Positions 38,111-48,387 of a DNA stretch of 64,000 nucleotides are shown here, in pieces. Under the pieces are notes generated by a model. The model worked only from the letters and a program-made list of their open reading frames with translations. It searched no databases and was not told where the DNA came from. Origin of the DNA: Candidatus Poribacteria bacterium (GTDB lineage Bacteria; Poribacteria; WGA-4E; WGA-3G); the NCBI GenBank assembly GCA_965205025.1, contig CBDBFU010000029.1, positions 1 to 64,000 of the forward strand. Direction: 5' to 3'. Each line of letters opens with the position of its first letter. Position 1 is the first letter of the stretch. The position numbers and the translations under genes were made by a program.

Positions 38111-39842
38111 CTACATATTATTCCCCGGTACTACTTTTTCTGCTACTTCCAAAATTCCATCAAGGACGTCTATTACCTCTTGGTCAATTTGATCTATTGC
38201 TACAAACTTTACTAATGAATGGTAGTTTGATTTTTGCATGAGATTAGGTAAATTTAACCGTTTGTAAAATGATGTAAAAAGCGGATCCAAAAAATCACTA
38301 CTTATTTTCATATCTGGAGACCATGGTGACCTTTTTCCAAGTGTAATCAGTGCATTCTCGATTTCTTCGATTGCTTCTTCCATTTTAGAAACCCAGTCCG
38401 TAATGAATAACTCTCCTTCCTCATTTGCTGCTTGTGCCCTTACCCATTCAATTAGTACATGCTTGCTATTGATGATATAATTCTCTATCTCACATTTTTT
38501 CCAAGCATATTCTGTTAATTCTAACTGTGAATGGAGTTCATCTGGTATTCGATCATATAAACAATAACCAACCAAATCAGGTTTTGCCTCGCGTAACCCA
38601 TAAAAGTGATCTCGTGCCTTCCCAGGTTGATTACCGACATACACTACAAAGGGAGAGGTAAATAAATCTTTTACAGGATGATTAAGTCTTTCAGAAAATG
38701 CTCTGAGAATTGCAAGATCTGTCGCACCTTCAAGGTAAAGAACCCATCCTCTCTGTTCTGCTTGATAATATTGCTCGAAACCTATATTTTTTAATGATTT
38801 TAATACTTGACTGCCGCGGTCATCAATACGATGTGGTTTCCCAAGAAATGCAATGACCACATCTCGTTCTGCTGCCTCAGTTAGAATTACCTCAGAATGA
38901 CTGGCTGCAATGATTTGACAATTGAATTCAATTGCTGATTCAATTAATACTTGATAAATCTGTCGTTGTCGTAGGATTTCAAGATGTGCATCTGGTTCAT
39001 CAAGAAGTAGAACTGAACCGGGATTTGCAGCAATATAAGCAAGTAATAGTAATGTTTGTTGTAAACCACGTCCAGATGAAGAAAGGTCTAATGATATTCC
39101 TGACTCATCTTGGTAATCCATCGTCACTTCTCCCCGCTCCTGAATATAATACGGATTATTCACTTGAACGTCGAATAATTCATAGATTTGTTTAATGAGT
39201 TTATCCCATTTTTCGGCATCCTGTGAAACTTGGTAGCAAATATTACGCAAGACCTCAGCTGTCCTTCCTTCTCCAATCCGAACTCCAATAGTTCCTTGTT
39301 CTAATCTGATTTCGTTTGAAGGCAAGTCCAGACAATGGTGGGAGAAAAGCCACTGATAAATCTGAAGCTTCCTCAGCAACCGGCATCTGTTGTTCTACTT
39401 TACCATCAATTTCTTTAATTCTGAGAGGTCTGCAGTAAAAGGATTCTTCGTTTGCATAATCAAATTCAAAACCACATTCCCATGTTTTTCCATCAGTAAC
39501 ACCTTCAACAACAATATCTATCCGAATGTATTGAGTGGTTTGCTTACCTTCAACTCTTCTTACATCGCGAACATGCAAATTCCTCCAGAGCAATCGTGCA
39601 TTGGGTACAGGAATAGAAATTAGATCACGGTGGTTTATAGCAACTCCTGAGCGTTTCTCTGGATTAGGTTTTCCTTTTCGTTTTTCATTCCACCGTTTCA
39701 GTCCTATTTCCCACAATGCCAAAGTCTGTAATGCTGTAGTTTTTCCCGAATTATTTGGACCAATGAATACCACTGGATTCCCCAATTCTATCTCAACATC
39801 ACCAAGGTTCTTGAAATTATGACAAATTAACTTCGTTAGCAT
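38111..39842 (-). CDS. ABC/AAA ATPase with C-terminal TOPRIM-like region (OLD-like), one frameshift near 39325
   Basis: Walker A GPNNSGKT, SSGRG signature, LLLDEPDAHL, SHS and LYLEGATD motifs. The two ORFs join at LSGLA|SNEIRL. Confidence 0.78.
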
Positions 39843-39864
39843 ATTGCTCCAGAATCAACATATA

Positions 39865-40600
39865 CTATAGTTTGGACACATTCATGCGTGAACTCAATAT
39901 AAGAAATCGGTTTACTTTAACTGTACTATATTCTGACTCAGTATATAAAATGAAACCCTGATTGTTCCAGCGGAACGGTATGTAGGGAATCGACACATAG
40001 CACTCCGCTGGAGTGCAAGATTGTGCCGATCATGTTTTCTATAGACATAGCACTCCGCTGGAGTGCAGTATTCTTGTAGGGTTCCACTGATATATTCAAC
40101 GTACAAAAAAGACTTATCATTAGAAGCTCAATTTCCCAATGGATAAGAATTGTCCAAACTATAGTAATACCAACTCTAATTGATTAGTTTATGTTATTGG
40201 CATTAGGAAATAGTTATTTCTATAAACATTCCGTCCCTACGGGACTCAGTATATGTTAATGACGTATATTCTATAGACATTCCGTCCCTACGGGACTCCA
40301 ATTCTTACAACTAATTAGTCCTATTTAGATGAAAAATCGTAATGTAGATATTTCAATTGAAAACGGTATAATACCATTTCTAAAAAATGGGTTCGTATTA
40401 CAGGTTTTTGTGATATGTAATCTGATACGCCACAAACTAAATGAAGATTAATTTTTAAATTCGGTAATTTTAAAGAAATACCCCGTGCGGTTAGGAAACC
40501 GCACCTACCGGGTTTGGGAAAATTAGAATTACCGAAATATTTTCTTAATCTTCATACAGTTTGTGCTACAAAAAAGAGACATCTTCAATTAGAAATGGTA
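39865..40600. mobile_element. Tandem train of three different MITEs (39865-40164, 40168-40368, 40372-40600) joined by TAA; the third contains an ATGAAG-MITE (40441-40555)
   Basis: TIR pairs CTATAGTTTGGACA/TGTCCAAACTATAG, TACCAACTCTAATTGA/TCAATTGAAAACGGTA and TACCATTTCTAA/TTAGAAATGGTA, each enclosing REP-like hairpins. Confidence 0.78.
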
Positions 40601-40624
40601 TAACATATAACCTGATAGAGTTTT

Positions 40625-41671
40625 TCAGGAAATGACAACTGTATTTCGCTCTGAGCGGAGTGCAGCTTCATAAACCTTCATAACCTCTAATGCGAACTCA
40701 AGCGAACCTTTTTCGGCAGGTTTACCTTCTAAGATACAATCACAGAAATATCGCATTTCTTGATAGAATCCTTGAATAAATAGACCCTTGTTTTCCAGTG
40801 ACCCAAGTGAGAATTGAGGTTCCCATACTATTGCTCCACTATCAAATCCTTTCGTCATAAAACTTGTACCGCCCGAATAATCGTACTGCATACCACGTTG
40901 TAATAGAACTTGTGTGCCATTTCTAATTTCTGCATGGCATCCATTACCGAAGAATTGGTATAGTTCTGAAGGTTGTCCATGTCTTGCTCCATCGGCAAGA
41001 TGAAAATTACCGAGAACTCCATTGGCAAATTCTATGATACACACCCCACCACCGTGTTGACTTCTGTGAACTGTTACAGACGAAACCTTGCCACCGACAG
41101 CCAATAAAAGTGATAATGGATGCACACCATTCTGTAGCCAGTTCGTATGTTTACCTTCACGGATAATACGTTCACCATCACTTGGGATGATCATTGGGTA
41201 AACTCCCAACATTGTTCGTAATGGACGGTATTGCTCTGTTTGAAAAATCTCAACAATCTTTTCGGTTGCCGGCATAAATGCCTTCTTGAAACCTACAACT
41301 ACAACCCTATCCTTTTGATGGTGGATCATCTCCTCAATTTCACTTGCAAACATTCCTGGCGGTTTTTCTAACCACACATGTAGACCAGCATCAAGTGCTT
41401 CACACGTCAGTTCTGGGTGTAATCTTGGTGGTACACAGAGAAAAATAGCATCTAAGTCTTCATTTTGAAACATCTCTGCCATGTTGTCATAGCATGCTTT
41501 TACTCCGTATTGCTGTGCAGTAAGTTTGGCACGGTCAATATTTACATCACAGAATGCTTGTAACTTTACAGGAAGAAAGGTCATTGTTGGTAGAACATTG
41601 CGGTATGCATGGGAACCAACACCAACGACTGCAACGTTTAACCTTTTTTCAAAATCTCTCTGGTAACTCAT
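40625..41671 (-). CDS. Gfo/Idh/MocA family oxidoreductase
   Basis: [18 protein letters not shown] and GVH motifs. ATG 41671 preferred as start. Confidence 0.9.
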   Translation of the reverse strand: MSYQRDFEKRLNVAVVGVGSHAYRNVLPTMTFLPVKLQAFCDVNIDRAKLTAQQYGVKACYDNMAEMFQNEDLDAIFLCVPPRLHPELTCEALDAGLHVWLEKPPGMFASEIEEMIHHQKDRVVVVGFKKAFMPATEKIVEIFQTEQYRPLRTMLGVYPMIIPSDGERIIREGKHTNWLQNGVHPLSLLLAVGGKVSSVTVHRSQHGGGVCIIEFANGVLGNFHLADGARHGQPSELYQFFGNGCHAEIRNGTQVLLQRGMQYDYSGGTSFMTKGFDSGAIVWEPQFSLGSLENKGLFIQGFYQEMRYFCDCILEGKPAEKGSLEFALEVMKVYEAALRSERNTVVIS

Positions 41672-41672
41672 A

Positions 41673-42084
41673 CTATAGTTGAACAATTTTCAGATATTTT
41701 AGGTTGATCTAATACTAAAGCAGATGCTTGAATCAAAAAAATATCAATACACATTTCGCCCCGCTGGGGCTTGGTTGTGGGCTTTATCCGTTTTCTACAA
41801 ACATTTCGCCCCGCTGGGGCTTCTATTATTTTACATTGAAATATTTTCTTTGAGTAAATTCTGTGTGTATATGAAGATTAAAATAATAATTCGGTAATGT
41901 GTTAGAAATTCGAATCAACGGTATGAATGCTATTTAGCATTCCCCGTGGTTAGGAAACCGAACCTACCAAGTTTGGGAAAATGGGAATTACCGAATTTAA
42001 AACTTAATCCTCATTTACACACAGAAATATAACTATACTTGAAAGTATAACATGTTAGTGGCTTAAACTATCCAAATTATAGTA
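41673..42084. mobile_element. CTATAGTT-type MITE containing REP hairpins and an ATGAAG-MITE (41871-42014) with a nested hairpin element (41912-41945)
   Basis: CTATAGTTGAACA...TCCAAATTATAG ends; host palindrome TTCTGTGTGTAT|TTACACACAGAA. Confidence 0.68.
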
Positions 42085-42098
42085 ACTCATACAGTTTT

Positions 42099-43592
42099 TT
42101 AATCAGAAAGAGTTGCTTCAAGATAAGCATCCAAATCGTTTTTCATTTTCTTAAGTTCATCCATATCAATATACATCATGTGTCCAGCACCATAATATGC
42201 CATAGTGATGTTATCTTGTAAGGACTTATCCAACCCGAGATGTGTGAAAGTGTATTCAGTAGCTAAGAATGGTGTTGCTAAATCGTAATAACCGTTAGCA
42301 ACGAATACTTTTAGTGAAGGGTTTGTTGTCATTGCTTTGCGTAGTGTATCTGCAACGTTGACATAAGCATTTTGAAATCCGCTATAATCCCACGGGTGTA
42401 CCCGTCCACTTAGAATTTCATAGGGTAGGTCACTTTCGAACTCAAGATCACCACGTACATAATCGTTTAGTGTAGCCGTATATGCTCCTTGTATAACAGC
42501 AGAACTTGGGTCATACTCATAAGTTTCGCCAGCAGTGTCACGGTCAATTCCAGTAAACCGACTATCAAACCGTCCCACAGTTTTTCCTTCTTCACGGAGT
42601 AATTCTTTTGTAAATCGGAAGATCTTGATCCGTAGATCAGTCTTCTCAATATATTCCGGTGATAGTCCGGTATACATAGCTAATTTCTTAACTATGGTTT
42701 GTCTTCTACGATCCGAGATGTTTGAACCCTGCATCAAAGCCAAGGTATAATCACCTAAAGCGAACTCTCTGACTTCGTTCATGATCCGTTCAAAACTGCC
42801 TTTTGATTTAGTATCTAAGTCAGTGAGTTTATTGTGCCAAAAAGCTGTAGCAGTATAAGTCGGTAGAAATAAAATATATGGCAATTCATTTCCAAGTGTA
42901 AAACTAATAGTCTGGAAGTTCAATACAACTGAAACGAGCATAATCCCGTTGAGATATGTTCCATTCTTGTCCTGGAGATAACCTGATAAACCTGATGCAC
43001 GTGTAGTGCCATAACTTTCTCCAATGAGAAATTTAGGAGAGCGCCACCGTTGATACCGTCCTAAATAGAGAAGAATAAAATTACCTACAGATTCAATATC
43101 TTGTTGGAATCCGTGAAACTGCTTTGCTTCTTCACCGGGTACAGCGCGACTAAAACCTGTGCTTACTGGGTCAATAAATACCAGATCTGTTTTATCTAAA
43201 ATAGAAAATTCGTTGTTAGTTAATTCATAAGGAGGTTGTGGCGGATTTCCATGTTCGTCAGGTTTGACTCTCCGTGGCCCTAACACTCCCAAATGCAGCC
43301 ATACAGAAGATGAACCTGGACCTCCATTGAATGAAAATGTGATTGGACGATTTGAAGCATTTTCTACATCATCTAAAGTATAGGCAATAAAGAAAATAGA
43401 CGCTTTTGCTTTCTCACCCTCTTTGTCGACTTCTTTCTTTAATACAAGTGTCCCCGTGGTAGCAGTATACTTATATTCTTTATCATCAATGGTAACACTA
43501 TGATGTGTAATAGAAAGATTATCCTCTGGAATTGAGTTTTCATTATCCTCTGACTTTTTCTCTTCAGAATCTTTATTTTCTTCTTGACTCAT
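42099..43592 (-). CDS. Peptidase S10 (serine carboxypeptidase)
   Basis: FNGGPGSSS, DPVSTGFS, GESYG, YYDLATP and GHMMY motifs. Start moved to ATG 43592. Confidence 0.93.
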   Translation of the reverse strand: MSQEENKDSEEKKSEDNENSIPEDNLSITHHSVTIDDKEYKYTATTGTLVLKKEVDKEGEKAKASIFFIAYTLDDVENASNRPITFSFNGGPGSSSVWLHLGVLGPRRVKPDEHGNPPQPPYELTNNEFSILDKTDLVFIDPVSTGFSRAVPGEEAKQFHGFQQDIESVGNFILLYLGRYQRWRSPKFLIGESYGTTRASGLSGYLQDKNGTYLNGIMLVSVVLNFQTISFTLGNELPYILFLPTYTATAFWHNKLTDLDTKSKGSFERIMNEVREFALGDYTLALMQGSNISDRRRQTIVKKLAMYTGLSPEYIEKTDLRIKIFRFTKELLREEGKTVGRFDSRFTGIDRDTAGETYEYDPSSAVIQGAYTATLNDYVRGDLEFESDLPYEILSGRVHPWDYSGFQNAYVNVADTLRKAMTTNPSLKVFVANGYYDLATPFLATEYTFTHLGLDKSLQDNITMAYYGAGHMMYIDMDELKKMKNDLDAYLEATLSD

Positions 43593-43705
43593 ATATGTTT
43601 CCTTTATGTATAGATATATACTATCATCATAGCATATAATACAAAACAGGTATATAATTATGTTTGAAGCTAAGCCCCAAAAGTGGTAAACTCTAAGGAA
43701 GGAGG

Positions 43706-44759
43706 ATGACAATGGATAAACCGTTACGTTTGGGTCTAATTGGTTGTGGTGGAATAGTACAAAAGACACATGCTCGTGCTTACCACTCTCTTTCAGATAC
43801 TATAATAGTCAGTGCCATTGCAGATGTCGTTGGAGAAAATCTACAGAAAATTGGTGAAGAATTTAACGTATCTGAGAATAAACGATATACAGATTATCGA
43901 GATATGTTGGAAGATGGTGAGATAGATGTTGTTACGATTGCCACACCACATTCACTGCATGCTGAGCAAGTGATTGAAGCAGCAAACGCTGGGGTAGCCA
44001 TTATATCTGAAAAAACCTATGGCTACCTCAATGGAAGAAGCAGATGCGATTTTGGAGGCAGTAAAGAAACATAATGTCGCTTATACAGTAGTGCATAACT
44101 ATCTTTATACTGCGGGAATGCAGGCAGCAATATCAGAATTACCAAATATCGGTAAGACCTACTATGGTCGTAGTACTGGTATGGGATTAAGAGGGTCAGA
44201 TTTTAATGCTAACCATCCAAATCCTGCTTTTGCATGGCGTGCCAGTAAAGCCACTGGGGGTGGCTGTGTAAGTGATTCGAGTTATCATGAGATTTATGCT
44301 GTTTGGACATTGGTGAATTCACCCGTTCGGTATGTTGAAGCACGTGTTTTAACGATGCGTCTTAACATTGATGTTGATGATTTTGCAATGTTAATGTGTG
44401 AACATGAAAATGGAGCTATATCAACAATCTCTGGTGCATGGTCAGTTCCTGCCCAGGAATACGGTTGGTGTGAAGTTCACGGTGAGAATGGATCTCTCCG
44501 TGTTAAGCATCGCTATAATGTCCGTGATGCCTACCAGAAATTTACTGGACCGACGGGTTGGAGACTGCAGGAACTTCCTGATCTTGATGATGAAGGACTC
44601 AAAGATTCCAGTGGACATGCAGGTTATTTTAAAGCAACCTTCAATGCGCTTGCTAAAAGTACAGAACTACCAATCAGTGCTGACAAAGCGTATCATAATC
44701 TTGCAATTATTAATGCTGCAAGAAGAGCAACGGTAGAAAGGCGTGCTATTGAGATTTAA
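43706..44759 (+). CDS. Gfo/Idh/MocA family oxidoreductase, one frameshift near 44015
   Basis: LGLIGCGGI. The conserved EKPMA motif is broken by an extra A in GAAAAAACCTATG. Confidence 0.85.
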
Positions 44760-44937
44760 AGTATGCTGAATATAACACACGACATACAATGCCCAACCCA
44801 TATAAGCTGAATATGATTCAATTTAGATGAATGTGCGTGGTGTTAATTCGAAAGAATAGAATTGAAGATTGTTATGAATTGAACAGAAAATAGTAGGTTT
44901 ATATTAATACACACAACAACATTAAGAGGAGTAAAGA

Positions 44938-45363
44938 ATGCATATTAGTTCAATGTTTCATGTTTTTGTTTGCTTGATGATTTCTTTGGTTTTCAGTTTT
45001 CCAATGATAGGTCTTGCTCAACAAAATACTATACAACAACAGGCTATTGCAGATGCTGAGCAAGATGTTTCAACGAATGTAAATGGTAATCTTTGGTTTT
45101 TAGGTGGATGCTTTGGTAATATTACAGTGATTATAATCGCAAATGTGTTTGAACCAACTCCACCAGCATCACGACTCTTGGGTAAATCACCAGAATATAT
45201 AGCTGTATATACAGATACCTACAGAGCAAAGGCAACGAACCTTCAAACTTCCAGAGCTCTTGCTGGTTGTCTAACTGGAACTGCTGTAGCTTGTGTTGGA
45301 TACTCATTCCTTATTATTGCTGCTATCAATGAATCATCAAATTCAAACTTTTATTGGTATTAG
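44938..45363 (+). CDS. Small exported/membrane hypothetical protein
   Basis: GAGGAG RBS, signal peptide, two hydrophobic segments each containing GC. Confidence 0.7.
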   Translation: MHISSMFHVFVCLMISLVFSFPMIGLAQQNTIQQQAIADAEQDVSTNVNGNLWFLGGCFGNITVIIIANVFEPTPPASRLLGKSPEYIAVYTDTYRAKATNLQTSRALAGCLTGTAVACVGYSFLIIAAINESSNSNFYWY

Positions 45364-45377
45364 GCTTAAATGATATC

Positions 45378-46091
45378 ATGGCGAAACATAGAAGATTACT
45401 TATACTCTTTCTATATTTATTTGTTCTCATACCAACGGTAATTGCCGATCAATTAGCGTCATTATCATTAGAATTTACCCGTGAGGTTACGGAACAAAAG
45501 AAGACCGAACATCTCGCTGGAATCCTCCATTATGATGTAAAAGCTGCACGAGTAATTGTTGAGGTGACAGAACCGATTCAACAGATAATGATAGTGAAAG
45601 ACCGTGTATTAGAAATCTACTATCCTGTTGAAGGACTGGCATTCCGATTTATTGCTGAAGGTAGGATACCACTTCCATTCATAGAATCCATCCGTCAGTC
45701 TACACAAGCGGAATACGGATTAACCGCAATAGGGTATACTCTGGGAAAACATGAAATGGTGGATAAGATACTCTATACCCATTGGAATCCTCCTGAGAAG
45801 GCAAAAGAAGAGCTTGGAACTGTTATCTTAGGTATGTCGGATGAAAAGCTTATGACGACTGAGGTGAAACATCCGGAAGGACATATAATAGCAAAATCAC
45901 TCTATCAGAATCATAAAAAGTTTGGGAATAATTATATCCCTATGAAGGTCACCTCAAGTACATACGGCACCAAATCTGAAATCCTACTTCAGGAACATGT
46001 TGTCTATAGCAACCCACAGACCAATACAAAAAACCCAATTCTTAGTTTTAAAATCCCTGAAACAGTATCTGTCAAGGAAGTAAAATGGTAG
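45378..46091 (+). CDS. Exported protein, probable LolA-like fold
   Basis: Signal peptide; beta-rich pattern ...IVEVTEPIQQIMIVKDRVLEIYYP...; ends ILSFKIPETVSVKE. Confidence 0.55.
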   Translation: MAKHRRLLILFLYLFVLIPTVIADQLASLSLEFTREVTEQKKTEHLAGILHYDVKAARVIVEVTEPIQQIMIVKDRVLEIYYPVEGLAFRFIAEGRIPLPFIESIRQSTQAEYGLTAIGYTLGKHEMVDKILYTHWNPPEKAKEELGTVILGMSDEKLMTTEVKHPEGHIIAKSLYQNHKKFGNNYIPMKVTSSTYGTKSEILLQEHVVYSNPQTNTKNPILSFKIPETVSVKEVKW

Positions 46092-46537
46092 AACATCGTT
46101 GGATTCTTAATAAGGTTTCTCAGATTTTTAATTCAATTTTTCCTATTCTCCTTATATCATTCATCTTATCTATACCGACTGATGCAGGAGAGATAGAGGA
46201 TTTACTCTATATCCGGCAAACCAACCCTATATTGAAAGAAAACTTTGAAAAAGAAAAGAGTATTAACTTGACTAAAACATCAGAACTGAAATTAGTAGCC
46301 ACTGGAATGATACGGTTATATCAGAAGTTTATTTCAAGTCAGGATGGTCCTACCTGCCAATTTGCACCTACCTGTTCCCACTTTGGGATGGCATGTATTC
46401 ATGAGTATGGAATGTTTCGCGGAATTCTCCTTGCAGCTGATAGGTTAATTCGTTGCAATGGTCAACAATCAAATTTCTATCAATTAGATTTTACAATGAA
46501 TAAATATTTAGATCCGATTACTGATTATGCCAAATAG
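46085..46537 (+). CDS. yidD: YidD-family membrane protein insertion efficiency factor with N-terminal signal/TM
   Basis: IRLYQKFIS...CQFAPTCS...G...GILLAADRLIRCN motif. Confidence 0.8.
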   Translation: MVEHRWILNKVSQIFNSIFPILLISFILSIPTDAGEIEDLLYIRQTNPILKENFEKEKSINLTKTSELKLVATGMIRLYQKFISSQDGPTCQFAPTCSHFGMACIHEYGMFRGILLAADRLIRCNGQQSNFYQLDFTMNKYLDPITDYAK

Positions 46538-47411
46538 ACATATTTGTGGATTATTGCTTCTAATACTTTCCATTACAAATTTCACCTATATGGCAAATTC
46601 GGAAGATCCACCTGACTATTACAGTCCTGAGAATGTACTTAAATTCGCTAATTACCTATATGAACAAGGTGATTATCTACGGGCTGTTAATGAATATCAA
46701 CGGTATCTATTTTACCAACCTGATGATTCTAATAAGATCAAATATAGAATTGCTTTATGTTATCGTTTAGGTGGAAAACCTGAACGATCCATTACAATCT
46801 TTAAATCATTTCTTGAGAATTCAGAAAACAGTGAACTAATTAATAATTCCTATTATCAGATTGGTATATCCTATTTTCTCATGAAGCAATATGAGAAAAC
46901 TACCTCCTATCTTACCAGTTCAATTAACAACATAAAAAACGAACGGTTACGTTCTGAATCACATCAACTGATTGGACTATCTTTGTTGAAGCAGCAAAAG
47001 TGGTTAGAGGCAGAAAACAGTTTTAAAGGACTATTGAATTCTGATATATTGGAGGTGAGTAGGAAAGCAAAAATATATAATGAGTTTGCACTGGGGGGCA
47101 GACAATTACCCAATCGAAGTCCGTTATTAGCAGGACTTTTCTCCACAATACTTCCTGGTTCAGGAAGACTGTATACTGGCAGGATAGGTGATGCATTAAA
47201 TAGTGTGTTTATTATCGGAATATCAGGGTGGCAGGCTTATGATGGATTCAACCGTGATGGTCTTTCATCTGTTAAAGGGTGGACACTTGGGACAATTTGT
47301 GGAATCTTTTATGTTGGAAACATCTATGGTTCAGTCATCTCAGCACGTGTATTCAATGACAGAATCGCAGATGAGTATTTAGCGACATTATATATAGAAT
47401 TACCGTATTAA
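46527..47411 (+). CDS. TPR protein with C-terminal membrane domain
   Basis: FANYLYEQGDYLRAVNEYQR; TPRs; SPLLAGLFSTILPGSGRLYTG followed by TM helices. Confidence 0.8.
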   Translation: MPNRHICGLLLLILSITNFTYMANSEDPPDYYSPENVLKFANYLYEQGDYLRAVNEYQRYLFYQPDDSNKIKYRIALCYRLGGKPERSITIFKSFLENSENSELINNSYYQIGISYFLMKQYEKTTSYLTSSINNIKNERLRSESHQLIGLSLLKQQKWLEAENSFKGLLNSDILEVSRKAKIYNEFALGGRQLPNRSPLLAGLFSTILPGSGRLYTGRIGDALNSVFIIGISGWQAYDGFNRDGLSSVKGWTLGTICGIFYVGNIYGSVISARVFNDRIADEYLATLYIELPY

Positions 47412-47448
47412 GATTTGATTTATTTCGAAGGTAATATGTATATTGTAA

Positions 47449-48060
47449 TTATAAATCCTCGAGCGGAAACTTCTCAGTTATTAACATGAGTGGATTCTGA
47501 TTTGCAAGGATTCGGTAGGTTCGGCTTAGAAATAGTTGTCCTTCAAAATGTGCAATACTACTTGGCAATCCTGTTACTCTTTCTATTCCCCACCAGAGTA
47601 GATCTCGCCTTGTCTCTAATTGGCTATTCTGTAAGAGAGCACCTAAACCCACAATACCAGCTTCAAGTCCATCCATTACGTTTTGTGGTAAACGTTCATA
47701 GACAATTTGTGAGACTGCATAGACATGGGTATGAGGAGTTTGATTGTTAGCAGAAGGTGTCTGTAAAACGACTTCCCGTGCTATGATCTTTCCTCCTGAC
47801 GGATGCTTTAGCCATGTGTGTTCACTTTTGAGTGTTCGTCTGCCTTGATATAGAAGTATGACATCTACAGGAGATAATTTATATGCCTCAATAAACCGCG
47901 TGACCGTACCATCAGTAATTAGTAAAGCCCGATGAAACGGAGACAATTTTGTAAGACTTATTTCCTTTAATGCATCTGGTCTTTCCGACTGTGCAATAAA
48001 AAGTTCTTTTACTTGTGTGTTAACAAAAACATCATAATTTGATAGTGATTTAATTTTCAT
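47449..48060 (-). CDS. Chorismate pyruvate-lyase-like protein (UbiC/DUF98 fold)
   Basis: LLITDGTVTRFIEA, REVVL, LGALL...LETRR, RTYRI and ITEKFP motifs. Confidence 0.8.
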   Translation of the reverse strand: MKIKSLSNYDVFVNTQVKELFIAQSERPDALKEISLTKLSPFHRALLITDGTVTRFIEAYKLSPVDVILLYQGRRTLKSEHTWLKHPSGGKIIAREVVLQTPSANNQTPHTHVYAVSQIVYERLPQNVMDGLEAGIVGLGALLQNSQLETRRDLLWWGIERVTGLPSSIAHFEGQLFLSRTYRILANQNPLMLITEKFPLEDL

Positions 48061-48387
48061 TGTAATTTTTTTAAATTAAACGACATTCCTATTTGTTTCT
48101 GATGATTTATGTCTTATATAGCATACCTTAAAACAGGCGTATGCTGCAACTTGAATAGAGTAATCTATCGGGAAATTTAGCAACAATTTTCATAATCTGA
48201 GAAACTATTGATATCTAAATAGACAATGGCAAGGTAAATATGTTCGGTAACCAACATCTACAGTATGGAATGTTGTAAGATTTATAGAGATTATGGTAGA
48301 CTATGAATTGCAATTTCAACACTTTGGTCATAATGACTTATATAATTGCATACGAACTGAAAATATAGTAATAATCCAAAAAGAATT

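Noticed and set aside
39912-40120. Short ORFs with repeated ALQRSAM
   Set aside because: They are translations of the CACTCCGCTGGAGTG hairpin repeats inside a MITE.
43593-43769. N-terminal extension of the S10 peptidase
   Set aside because: It overlaps the divergent gene's start and promoter; ATG 43592 has an AAGGA RBS.
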